Shown here: positions 1-12,942 of the stretch, one piece after another
How the letters are laid out: every line of letters begins with the position of its first letter
How positions within the stretch are numbered: position 1 is the stretch's first letter
Source: Octopus vulgaris
Lineage: Eukaryota
Length of the DNA stretch: 64,000 nucleotides
NCBI GenBank assembly: GCA_951406725.2
Contig: OX597814.1
Span: 6,944,001-7,008,000 of the forward strand
Reading direction: 5' to 3'
Position numbers and translations under genes: made by a program
Notes under the pieces: model-generated
Seen by the model: the letters and a program-made list of their open reading frames with translations, nothing else
What the model was told of the DNA's origin: nothing
Databases searched by the model: none

Positions 1-156
1 CACTGGATTACACACACAGTTTCAGATACTTTAGTCTTTATCCTCATTCAGCTACTCCAACAAGCTGTAGTTTTTATATCCTCACCATGACATTTATTAC
101 TCAGATAAAACACATTTATACATTCAACAGTAACAATATTTTTCTTTACAAGTTAA

Positions 157-187
<31 letters not shown>

Positions 188-590
188 AAGGGGGAGATAA
201 TAGCCTTACTTCTCCCATATTTTTCCTTGTTTCTCTTTCTCATACTTTCTCACGGAATAGCCATTTATCTGAGCGTAACCCATAAAGTGGAATAGATCCT
301 CATCAATGGATGCTCTTTGAGACTGCAGGTTTAATTTTGGAGTATTCTTCTCCTAGATAGCTTGTCATCCAAGTCTAAAGATCTACTATCCACCCATCTT
401 AGAGGTTTTGAATGTACTCACACCGACACACACACACACAGATACACAGACACACATTCATAGCCACAAAGTTAGTAATAATGAATACACACCATTATAT
501 ACACTGAACAAGATAGAAAATTTAAATACATATATACATAATACAAATAAAAATATTAAAAAAAATATAAATATAAAAGATATATATATA

Positions 591-980
591 GGCATAGGAG
601 TGGCTGTGTGGTAAGTAGCTTGCTTACCAACCACATGGTTCCGAGTTCAGACCCACTGCATGGCGCCTTGGGCAAGTGTCTTCTACTATAGCCTGGGGCT
701 GATCAAAGCCTTGTGAGTGGATTTGGTAGACGGAAACTGAAAGAAGCCTGTCGTATATATATGTCTGTGTGTGTTTGTGTGTCTGTTTGTCCTCCACCAT
801 CACTTAACAACTGATACTGACGTGTTTACATCCCCGTAACTTAGCAGTTCAGCAAAACAGACAGATAGAATAAGTACTAGGCTTAGAAAGAATAAGTTCT
901 GGGGTCGATTTGCTTGACTAAAGGCGGTGCTCTAGCATGGCCACAGTCAAATGACTGAAACAAGTAAAAGAGTAAAGAGT
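591..980 (+). mobile_element. tRNA-headed SINE, family A
   Basis: Pol III A-box-like TGGCTGTGTGG and B-box-like GAGTTCAGACCC, CORE-like CCTTGGGCAAGT, central (TA)/(TG) tract, tail GAAACAAGTAAAAGAG; many similar copies in the window. Confidence 0.9.
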
Positions 981-1039
981 ATATACAAAAACAAAGTTGC
1001 CATGCACAAAATACACATAAAACTATTCATAAAAATTTC

Positions 1040-1716
1040 TCTCGTCTTTTCCCAACCATTGTGCTGAATGTATGCAGTTGTTGTATTGGATCCATTTCTC
1101 ATCAGATGTTAGAATTCAATTCAAAAATTATTCATTTTTGAGATGAGAAAGTAGCATAATGCAGGCTTCCAAACGCTGCTGTTTCTGATCTTCATTGAGT
1201 TCATGCAGAACCCACTTATCCAACCTTTTCATTTTACCATTTTTGAACTAGGCAAGTCAATATTGTTTGCTTGCTAACACCAAACAACAACAATAATTCA
1301 TGAGCATTTTGAGATGAATCTGACTCAACCGTGGCTTTCAGTTTGTCATTATCCACCTTTGTTTCTGATCGACCGCATTGCTCATTTATGAGGTCAAAGT
1401 TACCAGAACAAAATTTTGCAAACCAATTTGATACTGTCTGCTGTGTAATAACATTAGAATGAAATACTCCATTAATATTCTGAGCTGTTTGTGATGCTGT
1501 ATTTCCAAGAAGGAACTCATATTTCAAAACTGTACGAATTTCTGACGTATCCATCTCTAAACACAAATAGCAAAGAAAACGACTTATAAATACTTTATAA
1601 AGTGCAAAATGAGTTAGAATGAAGAAATGGATGTGTCAGCTTTCTAACAAAAACTATAGTTGTCAAAATATAATAATGGCGCAAAATGAGCCACTGTCAA
1701 ACTTTATCATATACCT
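1040..1716 (-). mobile_element. Decayed mariner (Mos1-like) transposon, 5' half
   Basis: ORF 1234..1566 is a mariner N-terminal HTH (IRTVLKYEF...TVSNWFAKF); after a frameshift it reads WVLHEL (WVPHEL motif) and TSDEKW with stops; TIR-like end near 1690-1716. Confidence 0.85.
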
Positions 1717-1760
1717 AACTCCAAATTTCATCCTTGACGACCTAATATATATATATATAT

Positions 1761-3610
1761 ATCATCATCATCATCATCATCGATTAACGTCCGCTTTCCA
1801 GGCTGGCATGGGTTTGACGGTTTGACTGAGGACTGGTGAGCCAGATGGCTGCACAAGGCTCCACTCTGATCTGGCAGAGTTTCTACTGCTGGATGCCCTT
1901 CCTAACACTAACCACTATGAGAGTGTAGTGGGTGCTTTTATGTGCCACCAGCACGAGAGCCAGTCAGGCAGTACTGGTGATGGTCACACTCAAATGGTGT
2001 TTTTTATGTGCCACCTGCACAGGAGCCAGTCAGGCGGCACTGGCAATGACATCGCTTGAATGTTGTTTAAATGCCAGTAGGTTGACGCTGGTAACAATCA
2101 CACTTGAATGGGGCTTTTCATGAGCCACCAGAACAGTTGCCAGTCAGCGGCCCTATCAACGCTCATGCTCACATGGTGTTTTTAATGATCCACTGGCATG
2201 GGAGCCAGTCAGGCAGTGCTGTCATCGATCCCGTCAGTGAATTTGATTTTGATTTCGATTTCACTTGCCACAACAGGTCTTCACAAGCAAAGTTTAGTGT
2301 CCAACAAAAGAAAGGTATGCATAAGTGGGCTTGCTACACCCCTGGCATAGGCCACAAATTATGGTCTCACTTGGTTTGCCAGGTCTTCTCAAGCACAACA
2401 TATTTCCAAAGGTCCCGGTCACTAGTCATTGCCTCGGTGAGTCCCAAAGTTTGAAAGTTGTGCTTCATTACCTCATCCCAGGTCTTCTTGGGTCTACCTC
2501 TTCTACAGATTCCCTCTATGGTTAGGGTGTGACACTTTTTCACACAGCTGTCCTCATCTGTACCTATCACATAACCATACCAGTGCAGTCGTCTCTCTTG
2601 CACACCACAACTGATGCTTCTTAGGTCCAACTTTTCTCTCAGGATACTTACACTCTGTCGTGTATGCACACTGACATTACACATCCAACGGAGCATACTG
2701 GCCTTTTTACTTGCAAGCTTACGCATGTCCTCAACAGTCACGGCCTATGTTTCATTGCCATGTAGCATGGCTCTTCGTACACATGTGTCATACAGTCTAC
2801 CTTTCACCAGCAGTTGTAAAAGCTCTCTGAACTTTGTCCAGGCTACTCTTATTCTAGCAGCTACACTTTCAGAGCATCCAATCCTAATCCTTGCTTCCAC
2901 ACCTGAAACTTCTCCTCCAGTTCTGATAGTGACTCAGCAATAAGAGCAAGGTCATCAGCATAGAGGAGCTCCCAGGGGCATCCTGTCTTGAATTCTTCTG
3001 TTATTACATGGAGGTCTATGATAAATAGGAGGGGGCTGAGGACTGAATCTTAGTGGATCCCTACCTCTACCTGGAGTTCTTCTCTGTACTCGTTGTCAAT
3101 CCTCACCTTCCTGACTGCGTCCCTGTACATGGCTTGCACAGCTCTCATTAACCATTCATCTAACCCTAGTTTCCTCACTGACCACCAGATAAGGGATCAG
3201 GGGACCCTATCGAAGGCTTTCTCAATGAAAGCCAGGTACAGAGGTTTATCTTTGGCTAGGTATTTCTTCTGCAGCTGTCCTACCAGAAATATAGCATCAG
3301 TGGTGCTTTTCCCTGGCACGAAACCAAACTGCATCTCATCCAACTGACTCTCTCCCTAATTAGTTGGGCTATGACCCTCTCCATGACCTTCATTACCTGA
3401 TCCAACAACTTAATACCTCTGTAATTATTTGTATCTAAAGCGTCACCTTTACCTTTGTAGCAGTTGACTATGGTGCTGTTATACCAGTCACTGGTAATGA
3501 CTCTTTCATGTATCACCTGGTTGACTATACAGGTGACTATGCTCTAGCCAACACTACCAGATATTTTGAGCATCTCTGCAGTGATTCCTGATGGCCCAGG
3601 GGCTTTCCAG
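1761..3610 (-). mobile_element. 5'-truncated, frameshifted RTE-clade LINE (RT, C-terminus, 3'UTR, (GAT)n tail)
   Basis: Minus-strand GKAPGPSGITAEML, YKGKGD..NYRGIKLL (ORF 3280..3516), PWELLYADDL (~2950-2978), RLHWYGYV and GRPKKTW (ORF 2367..2741); 3' end GGAAAGCGGACGTTAA plus (GAT)n. Confidence 0.92.
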
Positions 3611-3726
3611 CTAGCTAGCTAGCTAGCTAGTTAGATAGATATATAAATAGATAGATAGAAAAATAGATAGATAGATAAATAGATAGATAGAAAAATAGAT
3701 AGATAGATAAATAGATAGATAGAAAA

Positions 3727-3766
<40 letters not shown>

Positions 3767-3779
3767 GTAGGTAGGTAGG

Positions 3780-3834
<55 letters not shown>

Positions 3835-3843
3835 GTAGGTAGG

Positions 3844-3898
<55 letters not shown>

Positions 3899-3993
3899 GT
3901 AGGTAGATAGATAGATCTACCTTTATCTGTCTTATTTAACTCTGTGTGTATGTGTGAGTGAGTGTGTGTGTGTGTGTGTGAGAGTGAGTGTGT

Positions 3994-4075
<82 letters not shown>
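3611..4075. repeat. Compound microsatellite (GATA)n then (TG)n
   Basis: Directly visible. Confidence 0.95.
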
Positions 4076-4511
4076 AATGCACTAGAGCAATAGAAGAGTA
4101 AGTCATATTGCCAAAAATCACATGATTTCTGGTCGGACAATGAAAGGTTGCCTATTGGACGTCTGATCTTTGTATGCTTGGAGTAATTTCAACAATAATC
4201 ACGCAACAGTAAATACAAAACGAGCCAAAGAATAAAGGAATAAATTTGATATATGAAGGTATATGATGTCACTACCATCAAGAAAATTGGGTGATTCTAA
4301 ACTTCGTGTCATAGAAGAATATATATTTACCTTTCTGTAAAATCGATGGTTCTCTGTGTAGCTATGGCTACTGGCAGTTTGACCTTTCAGAGAATATAAA
4401 CGATGGTCCTCACATGTAACTCTGAGTAGCTATGACTTGTCTTATCAAGTGTACACAAATAAACTCCGTTACGTTCTTATTTCCTTTACTAAACGATACA
4501 TGTGTATACAA

Positions 4512-4581
<70 letters not shown>

Positions 4582-4627
4582 ACACACACATACACACAGG
4601 GATAAAGAAAAGCTTCTCTTTGAAACA

Positions 4628-5421
4628 TCTTTATATATAAAAGAGAGGTTATGTGTCTGTCTCCTTCGATTTAGATTCCTAACTACTCCCACATTTTGCG
4701 GTGCAGTTTAACCAAAACCGGGTATCTTATAGTCGTGATTCATATCGAGCCCTTCTGGGTATTAGCATGCGTCTACGATGAGTCTACGATTTAAAAAAAA
4801 ATTTACCATCATTTTTTTCCATTTTAATACATTTTTTCGCAATTATATAAGGGAAGTAACTCTCTAAAAATGTCTACGATGAGTCAACGATTTAAAAAAA
4901 AATTACCATAATTTTTTTCCATTTTTAATGCATTTTTTTGCTATTTTTTGGCTATAACTCTCTAAAAATGCTTATATAGTTATTTCCCTTACAAACCCGA
5001 GCAACGCCGGGCGATACTACTAGTCTTTATATATAAAAGTCAAGTTGTGTGTCTGTCTCCTACGATTTAGATTCCTAACTACTCCCACATTTTGCGGTGC
5101 AGTTTAACCAAAACCGGGTATCTTATAGTCGTGATTCATATCGAGCCCTTCTGAGTATTAGCGCACGTCTACGATGAGTCTACGATTTAAAAAAAAATTT
5201 ACCATCATTTTTTTCCATTTTAATGCATTTTTTCGCTATTATATAAGGGAAGTAACTCTCTAAAAATGTCTACGATGAGTCTACGATTTAAAAAAAAATT
5301 TACCATAATTTTTTTTCCATTTTTAATGCATTTTTTTGCTATTTTTTGGCTATAACTCACTAAAAATGCTTATATAGTTATTTCCCTTACAAACCCGAGC
5401 AACGCCGGGCGATACTGCTGG
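4628..5421 (+). mobile_element. Two head-to-tail non-autonomous Helitron copies (4628-5023, 5024-5421)
   Basis: A|TC 5' start, subterminal hairpin CCCGAGCAACGCCGGG, 3' CTAG and CTGG|T ends, no TSD; two near-identical ~397 bp units. Confidence 0.85.
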
Positions 5422-5480
5422 TTTTATATAAAACAATTGTATTTGTTTTTCAATTATCTTTTGCTCACTCTGTATAATCT

Positions 5481-6260
5481 TTGTTTCAGAAAATAATAAT
5501 GATGGCAGACCCTCAGCTTACTCAAGAAATGAAGACACATGCTGTTATTGTGGTTATAAAGGTTGAGCATAGCAATTTAGAAATATCTCGATTTTTAAAA
5601 GTTGTCAGGTCTTTCATCAACGTTTGTAAGGAGCTAGGGACTGAAGATGGAAACCTATCACCAGTATCAAAGCATAAAAAGCATTCTAAACGCTCTGAAA
5701 ACATCAGAACACCTGAATTTATCCAGCAGGTTCCACAGACCATTGATTACAATCTCAGAAAGTCCATGAGATCAATTGCAAAACATCTCCATGTGTATGA
5801 AGGAACAGTGAGAAATGTTGTCCACGAAGACATCAGATATAAGTCTTCTATGATGAAGGAAGGTCAAAGTGTCAGGAAAAGCAAAAGAAAATCGCTATAT
5901 CAGATCTAAAAGACTCTAAAACAAACTGAAAAATCCAGCAGAAGAAGATTTGATTTGGTTTTTCTCAAATGAGAAAAACTTCAACCAAGATAAAAAAGTT
6001 AACAGAAGAAATGACAGGTGGTTATGTGCAGACCATTCTGGAGTTCCAAGTGTTATGCTTACAAAATTTCCTGCAACTCATGGTTTTAAGGGTTGTCAGC
6101 AATGAAGGACACGTGATGCCTCCTTACTTCTTTCCAAAAGGCCTTAGAGTTAACTCTGCCATATATATTGAGGTCCTGGAAATAATTGTTAAGCCCTGGA
6201 TAGACATGCAATGAAAGGCCAAATGTGTTTCAGTAAGACTCTGCACTATCACACATGACT
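5481..6260 (+). mobile_element. Decayed Tc1/mariner-superfamily (maT-like) transposase
   Basis: HTH region (RKSMRSIAKHLHV), FSNEKNF, VSNEGHVMPPYFFPKGLRVN, FQ*DSA; frameshifted; similar to the 23969-24811 element. Confidence 0.8.
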
Positions 6261-6424
6261 CTATATACACACATATATACACAATGGAAGAAACCTAGGA
6301 AGGCAACGAGAAGGCATAAATTCCTATCCTAATAATGATGGTGTTGGTGTTTGTAGGTGATTGATAATAAATTGTGATGGTGGTGGTGGTGGTGGTGTTG
6401 ATGTGCAGCTACTGCTTCAACTGC

Positions 6425-6465
<41 letters not shown>

Positions 6466-6659
6466 ATGACAATGGTAAATGTGTCCTTGAGGCCATTATG
6501 TAAGTTAGGAATGTCATTAATAAACTTTTGCTCCTTCGTTACATGTTTGTAATGATCAAATAATTAAGTTTCCACAATAAAAGCATGAAAACGTATTTGG
6601 TGAGTAAACCAAGAGACAGAGGACATAGGAATAGAGAGTTGTCTGGTTTATCAGTCAAT

Positions 6660-6930
6660 GAAGAAGAAGAAGAAGAAGAAGAAGAAGAAGAAGAAGAAGA
6701 AGAAGGAGGAGGAGGAGGAGGAGGAGGAGAATAAGAAGAAGAAGGAGGAGTAGGAGGAGGAGAAGGAAAAGAAGAAGAAGAAGGAGGAGGAGGAGAAGAA
6801 GAAGAAGAAGAAGAAGAAGAAAGAAGAAGAAGAAGAAGAAGAAGAAGAAGAAGAAGAAGAAGAAGAAGAAGACGAGGAGGAAGAAGAAGAAGAAGACGAC
6901 GAGGAAGAAGAAGAAGAAGACGACGAGGAA

Positions 6931-6961
<31 letters not shown>

Positions 6962-6962
6962 G
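6660..6962. repeat. (GAA)n/(GAG)n microsatellite
   Basis: Directly visible. Confidence 0.95.
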
Positions 6963-7057
6963 AATCCTGTAGCTCGGAGTCAATGGATTTTGTTACCTTG
7001 CCTATCTAATTGATATTAACATCAAAATAAAAATTCAAATGGAAACTGTAGTTAAGA

Positions 7058-7362
7058 CACCCGTGCCGGTGACACGTAAAAAGCACCGTCTGAACATGGC
7101 AGATGCCAGAGCCGCCTGACTGGCGTCCGTATTGGTGGCACATAAAAGCACCAACCGATCGTGGCCGTTTGCCAGCCTGCTCTGGCCCCTGTGCTGGTGG
7201 CACATAAAAAACACCCACTACACTCACGGAGTGGTTGGCATTAGGAAGGGCACCCAGCTGTAGAAACACTGCCAAATCAGACTAGAGCCTGGTGCAGCCT
7301 CCATGGCTTACCAGACCCCAGTCAAACCGTCCAACCCATGCTAGCGTGGAAACGGACGTTAA

Positions 7363-7425
<63 letters not shown>

Positions 7426-7463
7426 GTGATGATGATGGTGATGATGATGATAATGATGATGAT
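7058..7463 (+). mobile_element. RTE 3'-tail copy (family B) with expanded (GAT)n
   Basis: Matches the 3'UTR of the 1761-3610 LINE; ends GGACGTTAAA(TGA)n. Confidence 0.88.
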
Positions 7464-7718
7464 GGGGGCTGTTACAGAAATGTAATTGTTAGAAGTTAGG
7501 ATGGATGAAAGAAGCTGAGGACATTTTTGCATCTGTTGTCTTCCCAAATGGTTTCTCTTTCTGTGTGAAAATCGAACGATAGAAAAAATGAAGAACAAAT
7601 GAACGAGTGGACATGAGGGTGAGATATGTACTGAAGATGGCAAAGTTACAGAGACGTTGGAGTGGCTGGAAAAGAGATCAAAACAAGAATACTCTGGAGG
7701 AAATCTGGCCATTAAAGA

Positions 7719-7910
7719 CATCATCATCATCATCGTCGTCGTTTAATGTCTGCTTTCCATGCTGGCATGGGTTGGACAGTTTGACTGAGGACTGGCAAGC
7801 CAGAAGGCTGCACCAGGCTCCAATCTGATCTGGCTTCAACAGCTGGATGCCCTTCCTAATTCCGACCACTTCAAGAGGGTAGTGGGTGCTTCTTACGTGC
7901 CACTGGCATG
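7719..7910 (-). mobile_element. RTE 3'-tail copy (family B)
   Basis: (CAT)n-GTTTAATGTCTGCTTTCCATGCTGGCATGGG...CAGCTGGATGCCCTTCCTAA. Confidence 0.85.
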
Positions 7911-8355
7911 TAATTTGTAGAAATGGCTATTCTGCTAAAAGCATGTAATGTAAACTGCAAACGAACCCTGAGTGCCCCATGCTATCAGTGGAGGGTAAGA
8001 ATGCTTTCCGTTGTAATTTGGGGCAGAAAAGGTAGTGTCAAATATCAGGGAACTGAATCCTTAAAATAAGATGGTGAAATGTCAAGTTTAAATATCTTTT
8101 CTTATATTTTTTAATACCAAAACTGGAATAAAAGAGAAATGCTAAATATATATCAGGAGAAGAAAACTTTTATAATTACCATGGAGTATCTTAATAAAGA
8201 TGGAGTGTCTGTCCTGTGGTCATAAAATTGGTGACATTTCTTACTTTTTTTTATTCATTAAAACTGATTTTGTTAAAGCAATCATTTGTCTTGTTCAAAC
8301 ATGTCTCTTGTCTTCAATTAATGAATTATTTAATCATCACTGTTGTTACTATAGA

Positions 8356-8440
8356 TGTCATCACCATTATCATCATCATCATCACCATCATCATTATCGT
8401 CGTCATCATCATCATTAACAACATCATCATCATCATCATT

Positions 8441-8487
<47 letters not shown>

Positions 8488-8594
8488 GGCCACCATCCAC
8501 ACCACCACCACCACCATCACCATCATCATCACCATCATCATTATCGTCGTCATCATCATCATTAACAACATCATCATCATCATCATTATCATCG

Positions 8595-8625
<31 letters not shown>

Positions 8626-8712
8626 CATGACCACCGTCCACACCACCACCACCACCATCACCACCACCACCACCACCACCACCACCACCATCACCACCAC
8701 CACCACCAGCAT
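8356..8712. repeat. (CAT)n/(CAC)n compound microsatellite with internal block duplication
   Basis: Block ATTATCGTCGTCATC...TTAACAACATC occurs twice. Confidence 0.9.
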
Positions 8713-9029
8713 CAGTTAACCACTCTAACCTGTAATTCCTTCATTCATTAAAACTGACCTCTCTCAGCTCATTCTTTATCTCCTTCTAAATTTTTATTGC
8801 TTGCCCCCCTCCCCCCTTTCCCCCGCTCCCACCATCTTCCCTCCCCCCCCCCATCCCAACCTGTCTGCAATATCACAATATTCCAATATTCCTTCATTTC
8901 ATCTCTTTCTTAACTCCTTAGAGAACAAAAACAACAAAAGCAAAAACAAAAAAATTCATAAAAGAGTAAAGAGCAGACATGGCATTAAATCATTTTTCTG
9001 AAGCTGCACACTCGGCTGGAAAAACCATT

Positions 9030-9513
9030 CATCTCCTCTCTCTCTCTCTCTCTCTTCTCTCCTCTCTTACTCTCTCTTCTTCTTCTCTCCTCTCTCCTTC
9101 TCTCTTACTCTCTCCTTCTCTCTTACTCTCTCCTTCTCTCTTACTCTCTCCTCTCTTACTCTCTCCTTCTCTCCTCTCTTACTCTCTCCTTCTCTCCTCT
9201 CTTACTCTCTCCTCTCTCTCTCCTCTCTTACTCTCTCCTCTCTTACTCTCTCCTTCTCTCTTACTCTCTCCTTCTCTCTCTCCTCTCTTACACTCTCTCC
9301 TTCTCTCCTCTCTTTCACTCTCTCCTTCTCTCCTCTCTTACTCTCTCCTTCTCCCTTACTCTCTCTCTCCTTCTCTCTTACTCTCTCTCTCTCCTTCTCT
9401 CTTTCTCTTTCTTTTTCCTTCTTTCTCTTTCTCTCTCCTCCCTTTCTCCCATTTTTCTCTTTCTATTTCTTTGTCTCCCTCTCGCTGTCAATCTATCTCC
9501 CTCCTTCCTCACT

Positions 9514-9568
<55 letters not shown>

Positions 9569-9677
9569 CAGAAAGAGAGCATGTGAGTGAGAGAGACATA
9601 ATTTGTATTCACACACATACTATGTGTACTGTAACAGAGTGTATTGTTTGTTATTCATGTGTGTGTGTGTGTGTGTG

Positions 9678-9714
<37 letters not shown>

Positions 9715-9745
9715 TTTGTGCATGTGTGTGTGTGTGTGTGTGTCT
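9030..9745. repeat. CT-rich minisatellite followed by (CA)n and (TG)n tracts
   Basis: CTCTCTTACTCTCTCCTT-type units; visible. Confidence 0.9.
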
Positions 9746-10184
9746 AGAGAAGACCAAATGTGTTGTGGAAATACAACAACAGTAACAATTTGAGTTGAAT
9801 CACCTTAAATTGCTTCACTTGGCTCAAACATTACAGAATTAATTAACAGAATTATAAAGTTAATTGTTTAAAAAATATTTCTAATTAAAACAAGCCATAA
9901 AAGGTTCTTATCATTAAGACGAAACCACAATTTCGTTGGGGATGAAAGAATGAAAGTTGATTGAACGGAGAGAAGGGATCAAGTACTGCCCTTCCTTTCT
10001 GTGATACACCTCCTTCTCTGCTCATCCATTGATCTCTGATCACTTATTAATGATAATTATAAATATAAATAAATAATTTAGTGAACTATTATTTTTAAGG
10101 CTAAACATTACAAAATTGTCCAACAGCCACTGATGGCCTCTGCTCTAAATTTGTCGTTAATGTTAACCATTCTGCAATAAGGCA

Positions 10185-10360
10185 TCAGCCTGGCAGAATC
10201 ATTAAAGGCATTTTGCTTGTCTTTATGTTCTGAGGTTGACTTTGCTTTTCATCTTTTTGGGATCAATAAAATAAGTACCAGTTGAGCATCGGGGTCGATG
10301 TAATCAACTTACTCACTCCCCCCCCCAAAATTACTGGCCTTGTGTCAAAATTTGAAATCA
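10185..10360 (+). mobile_element. Diverged SINE, family D
   Basis: CTGGCAGAATC..GACTTTGCTTTTCATC..AATAAGTACCAG..GGGGTCGATGTAATC shared with 11578-12236. Confidence 0.7.
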
Positions 10361-10419
10361 TTATTTTTATCATTATTATTATTATTATTTTTATCATTAT
10401 TATTATTATTATTATTATT

Positions 10420-10650
10420 CTATATTTGACTTTTGCTTTATGTCTGTACAAGTTGGCTCCAAGTCTCACCCAGAGACCTCAAGAGACAACAGGTTGGAAG
10501 TTCACGTTGTTGTTATGCCTAGTGTGCCATACATTTGGGTTTTTTTGGTGTTGTACTAGTGAATGTCTAATACATAAAAAAAAAAAAAGTTTGTTTTAAA
10601 CCTTGGGATTACATAGAGAGTATTTTGCGTAGGATATGAGCAGTTCCCAT
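10420..10650 (-). mobile_element. 3' end of an RLE-type (R4/Dong-like) non-LTR retrotransposon in (TAA)n
   Basis: Minus strand reads MGTAHILRKILSM* (stop 10609-10611), resembling R4/Dong C-termini; flanked on both sides by (TTA)n. Confidence 0.6.
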
Positions 10651-10684
10651 TATTATTATTATAATTATTATCATTATTATTATT

Positions 10685-11145
10685 GAGTGAGCGAGCAGAG
10701 CATGCCATCAAAGTGACACTGGGGTAAAATATACGAAGCCCAGTATACCCATCATGACTACCCGTCTGATAAGGGTACACCAGGCACATGCATCACAACC
10801 ATATGTGCGCGACATGGTGATCTCATATCAAGATAAACAGCACATGACCTTGCAGGTGGAGCCCAGTTAGAATTTTCTTCAGATCGAGTAACCCATCCCG
10901 CTCAAAAGGTCCCTGAATAAGGGTTGTTTAAGGACGTTGAACGAAACACCCATGTTTCCAGAGGTGAATTATTCAAACCCCAAAGAATCCTTCTCAACAC
11001 ATGGCTATGATGCTCCCCCACTACTTCTGCTCGTGATCAGAGATGCACATATCGTCAGCCACTAAGGGACATGCTCAACTGGTTAAGGTCAAACAACTGA
11101 CAAGCAAATCTGTGGTATTGAGCAGAATATTTGCTGTAGCCCATT
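10685..11145 (-). mobile_element. Family C retroposon (5'-truncated) in (TAA)n
   Basis: Reverse complement of the 3' part of 53473-54031; same 3' end CTCACTC(AAT)n. Confidence 0.85.
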
Positions 11146-11184
11146 GTTATTATTTTTATTATTGTTATTATTATTGTTATCAAA

Positions 11185-11392
11185 AGCTGTGAGATGTTAG
11201 CATGCTGGACAAAACGCTTAGCAGTATTTTGTCTGGGCTTACATTCTGAGTTCAAATTCTGTGAGGACTGACTTTGTCTTTCATCCTTCCAGGATCAACA
11301 AAATAAGTACCAGTCATATACTAAGGATCGATGTAATCAACTTACTCCCTCCCCTGAAACTGCTGGCCTTGTGCCACAATTTGAAAGCAATA
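11185..11392 (+). mobile_element. Diverged SINE, family D
   Basis: TTCTGAGTTCAAATTC, TTTCATCCTTCC..AATAAGTACCAG. Confidence 0.7.
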
Positions 11393-11577
11393 TTAATTGT
11401 CCTATTTTGCTCAACTCAGCCATAATAAAAGTCAAGCGTACTCCAAGTCAGTGAATTTATCGTTAATTAATTAATTATCTCTAATGACTACTTTCACATT
11501 TGGTATTGACTCTTTGAGTTAGTCTGACTCCTTCTGAAAGGGCTCAGCACCGTTTCTTACGACACAACATAGTTTCT

Positions 11578-12236
11578 TATTTCTTTATAGCCCACAAGAA
11601 GCTAAACACAGAGGGGACAAACAAGGACAGACATAGGTATTAATTCGATTACATCAACCCCAGTGCGTCACTGGTACTTAATTTACCGACCCCAAAAGGA
11701 TGAAAGGCAAAGTCGACCTCAGCAGAATTTGAACTCAGAATGTAGCAGCTGACGAAATACCTATTTCTTTATTACCCACAAGGGCTAAACATAGAGGGGA
11801 CAAACAAGGACAGACATAGGTATTAAGTCAATTACATCGACCCCAGTACGTAACTAGTACTTAATTTATCGACCCCAAAAGGATGAAAGGCAAAGTCGAC
11901 CTCAGCGGAATTTGAACTCAGAATGTAGCAGCAGATGAAATACCTATTTCTTTATTACCCACAAGGGGCTAAACATAGAGGGGACAAACAAGGACAGACA
12001 TAGGTATTAAGTCAATTACATCGACCCCAGTGCATAACTGGTACTTAATTTATCGACCCCGAAAGGATGAAAGGCAAAGTCGACCTCAGCGGAATTTGAA
12101 CTCAGAACGCAGTGGCAGACGAAATACCGGTAAGCATTTCACCCGGTGTGCTAACGTTTCTGCCAGCTCACCACCTTAATACGAAATACCGGTAAGCATT
12201 TCACCCGGCGTGCTAACGTTTCTGCCAACTCGTCGC
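11578..12236 (-). mobile_element. SINE family D multimer: three tandem ~184 bp bodies and a duplicated head
   Basis: Units start at 11578, 11762, 11945; B-box-like GAGTTCAAATTCC; central GCCTTTCATCCTTT..GGGGTCGATAAA..AGTACC resembles a Nin/Deu-type domain (from recall). Confidence 0.88.
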
Positions 12237-12906
12237 TTTCTGCTACAGGATTCTTATTGAAGACTCATGAAGGAAGAAAACCTGAGATAACACACCCTTT
12301 GAGAAGCAGCAGTCAAAGCTCCCTCACCTTACAGGATATTCTTAAAAAGGGAATAACAGCTCTAGGTACACCTAAAAAGACAGGACAGTTACGATTGGAA
12401 CATCACTGTTGTCACACTTCGTCTTGATTCGGACTGAACAATAACAAGTCAAGATGTTGATACATTATCAAGTAGCCATTACTAAACATGTTCTTAAAAG
12501 CTTTTAATAAGATTTGTGAAGACAGAAGTGAGAGAAAGAGTTTGAAGAAGCAACCAGCATCTTTAGATGCTCAATTGTAAACTGAAAGGAGAGAAGGCAG
12601 CAGTGATCAGCATGATGGACAGTTGTGTTTAGATTGCAATATGGGAGGACATCTCACTACAATACACACACACACACATTTCAAATACAATCAACTTTCA
12701 AATCTCTTGCATTAAGTTACTTACTACTTTCCTCTCTCTCTGATATCAATTTGTGAACACTGACATAACATTAAGATTACAAAGATAGTTTGTTGTCTGA
12801 TCAATGAATTAGAAAAGTAACAAGATGCAATGATCTCTGATAAATCTTTATACAGCTGAACTTTTATGTACTCTGTCTTCTATATTGTGTATGTGTGTGT
12901 ATGTGC

Positions 12907-12942
<36 letters not shown>

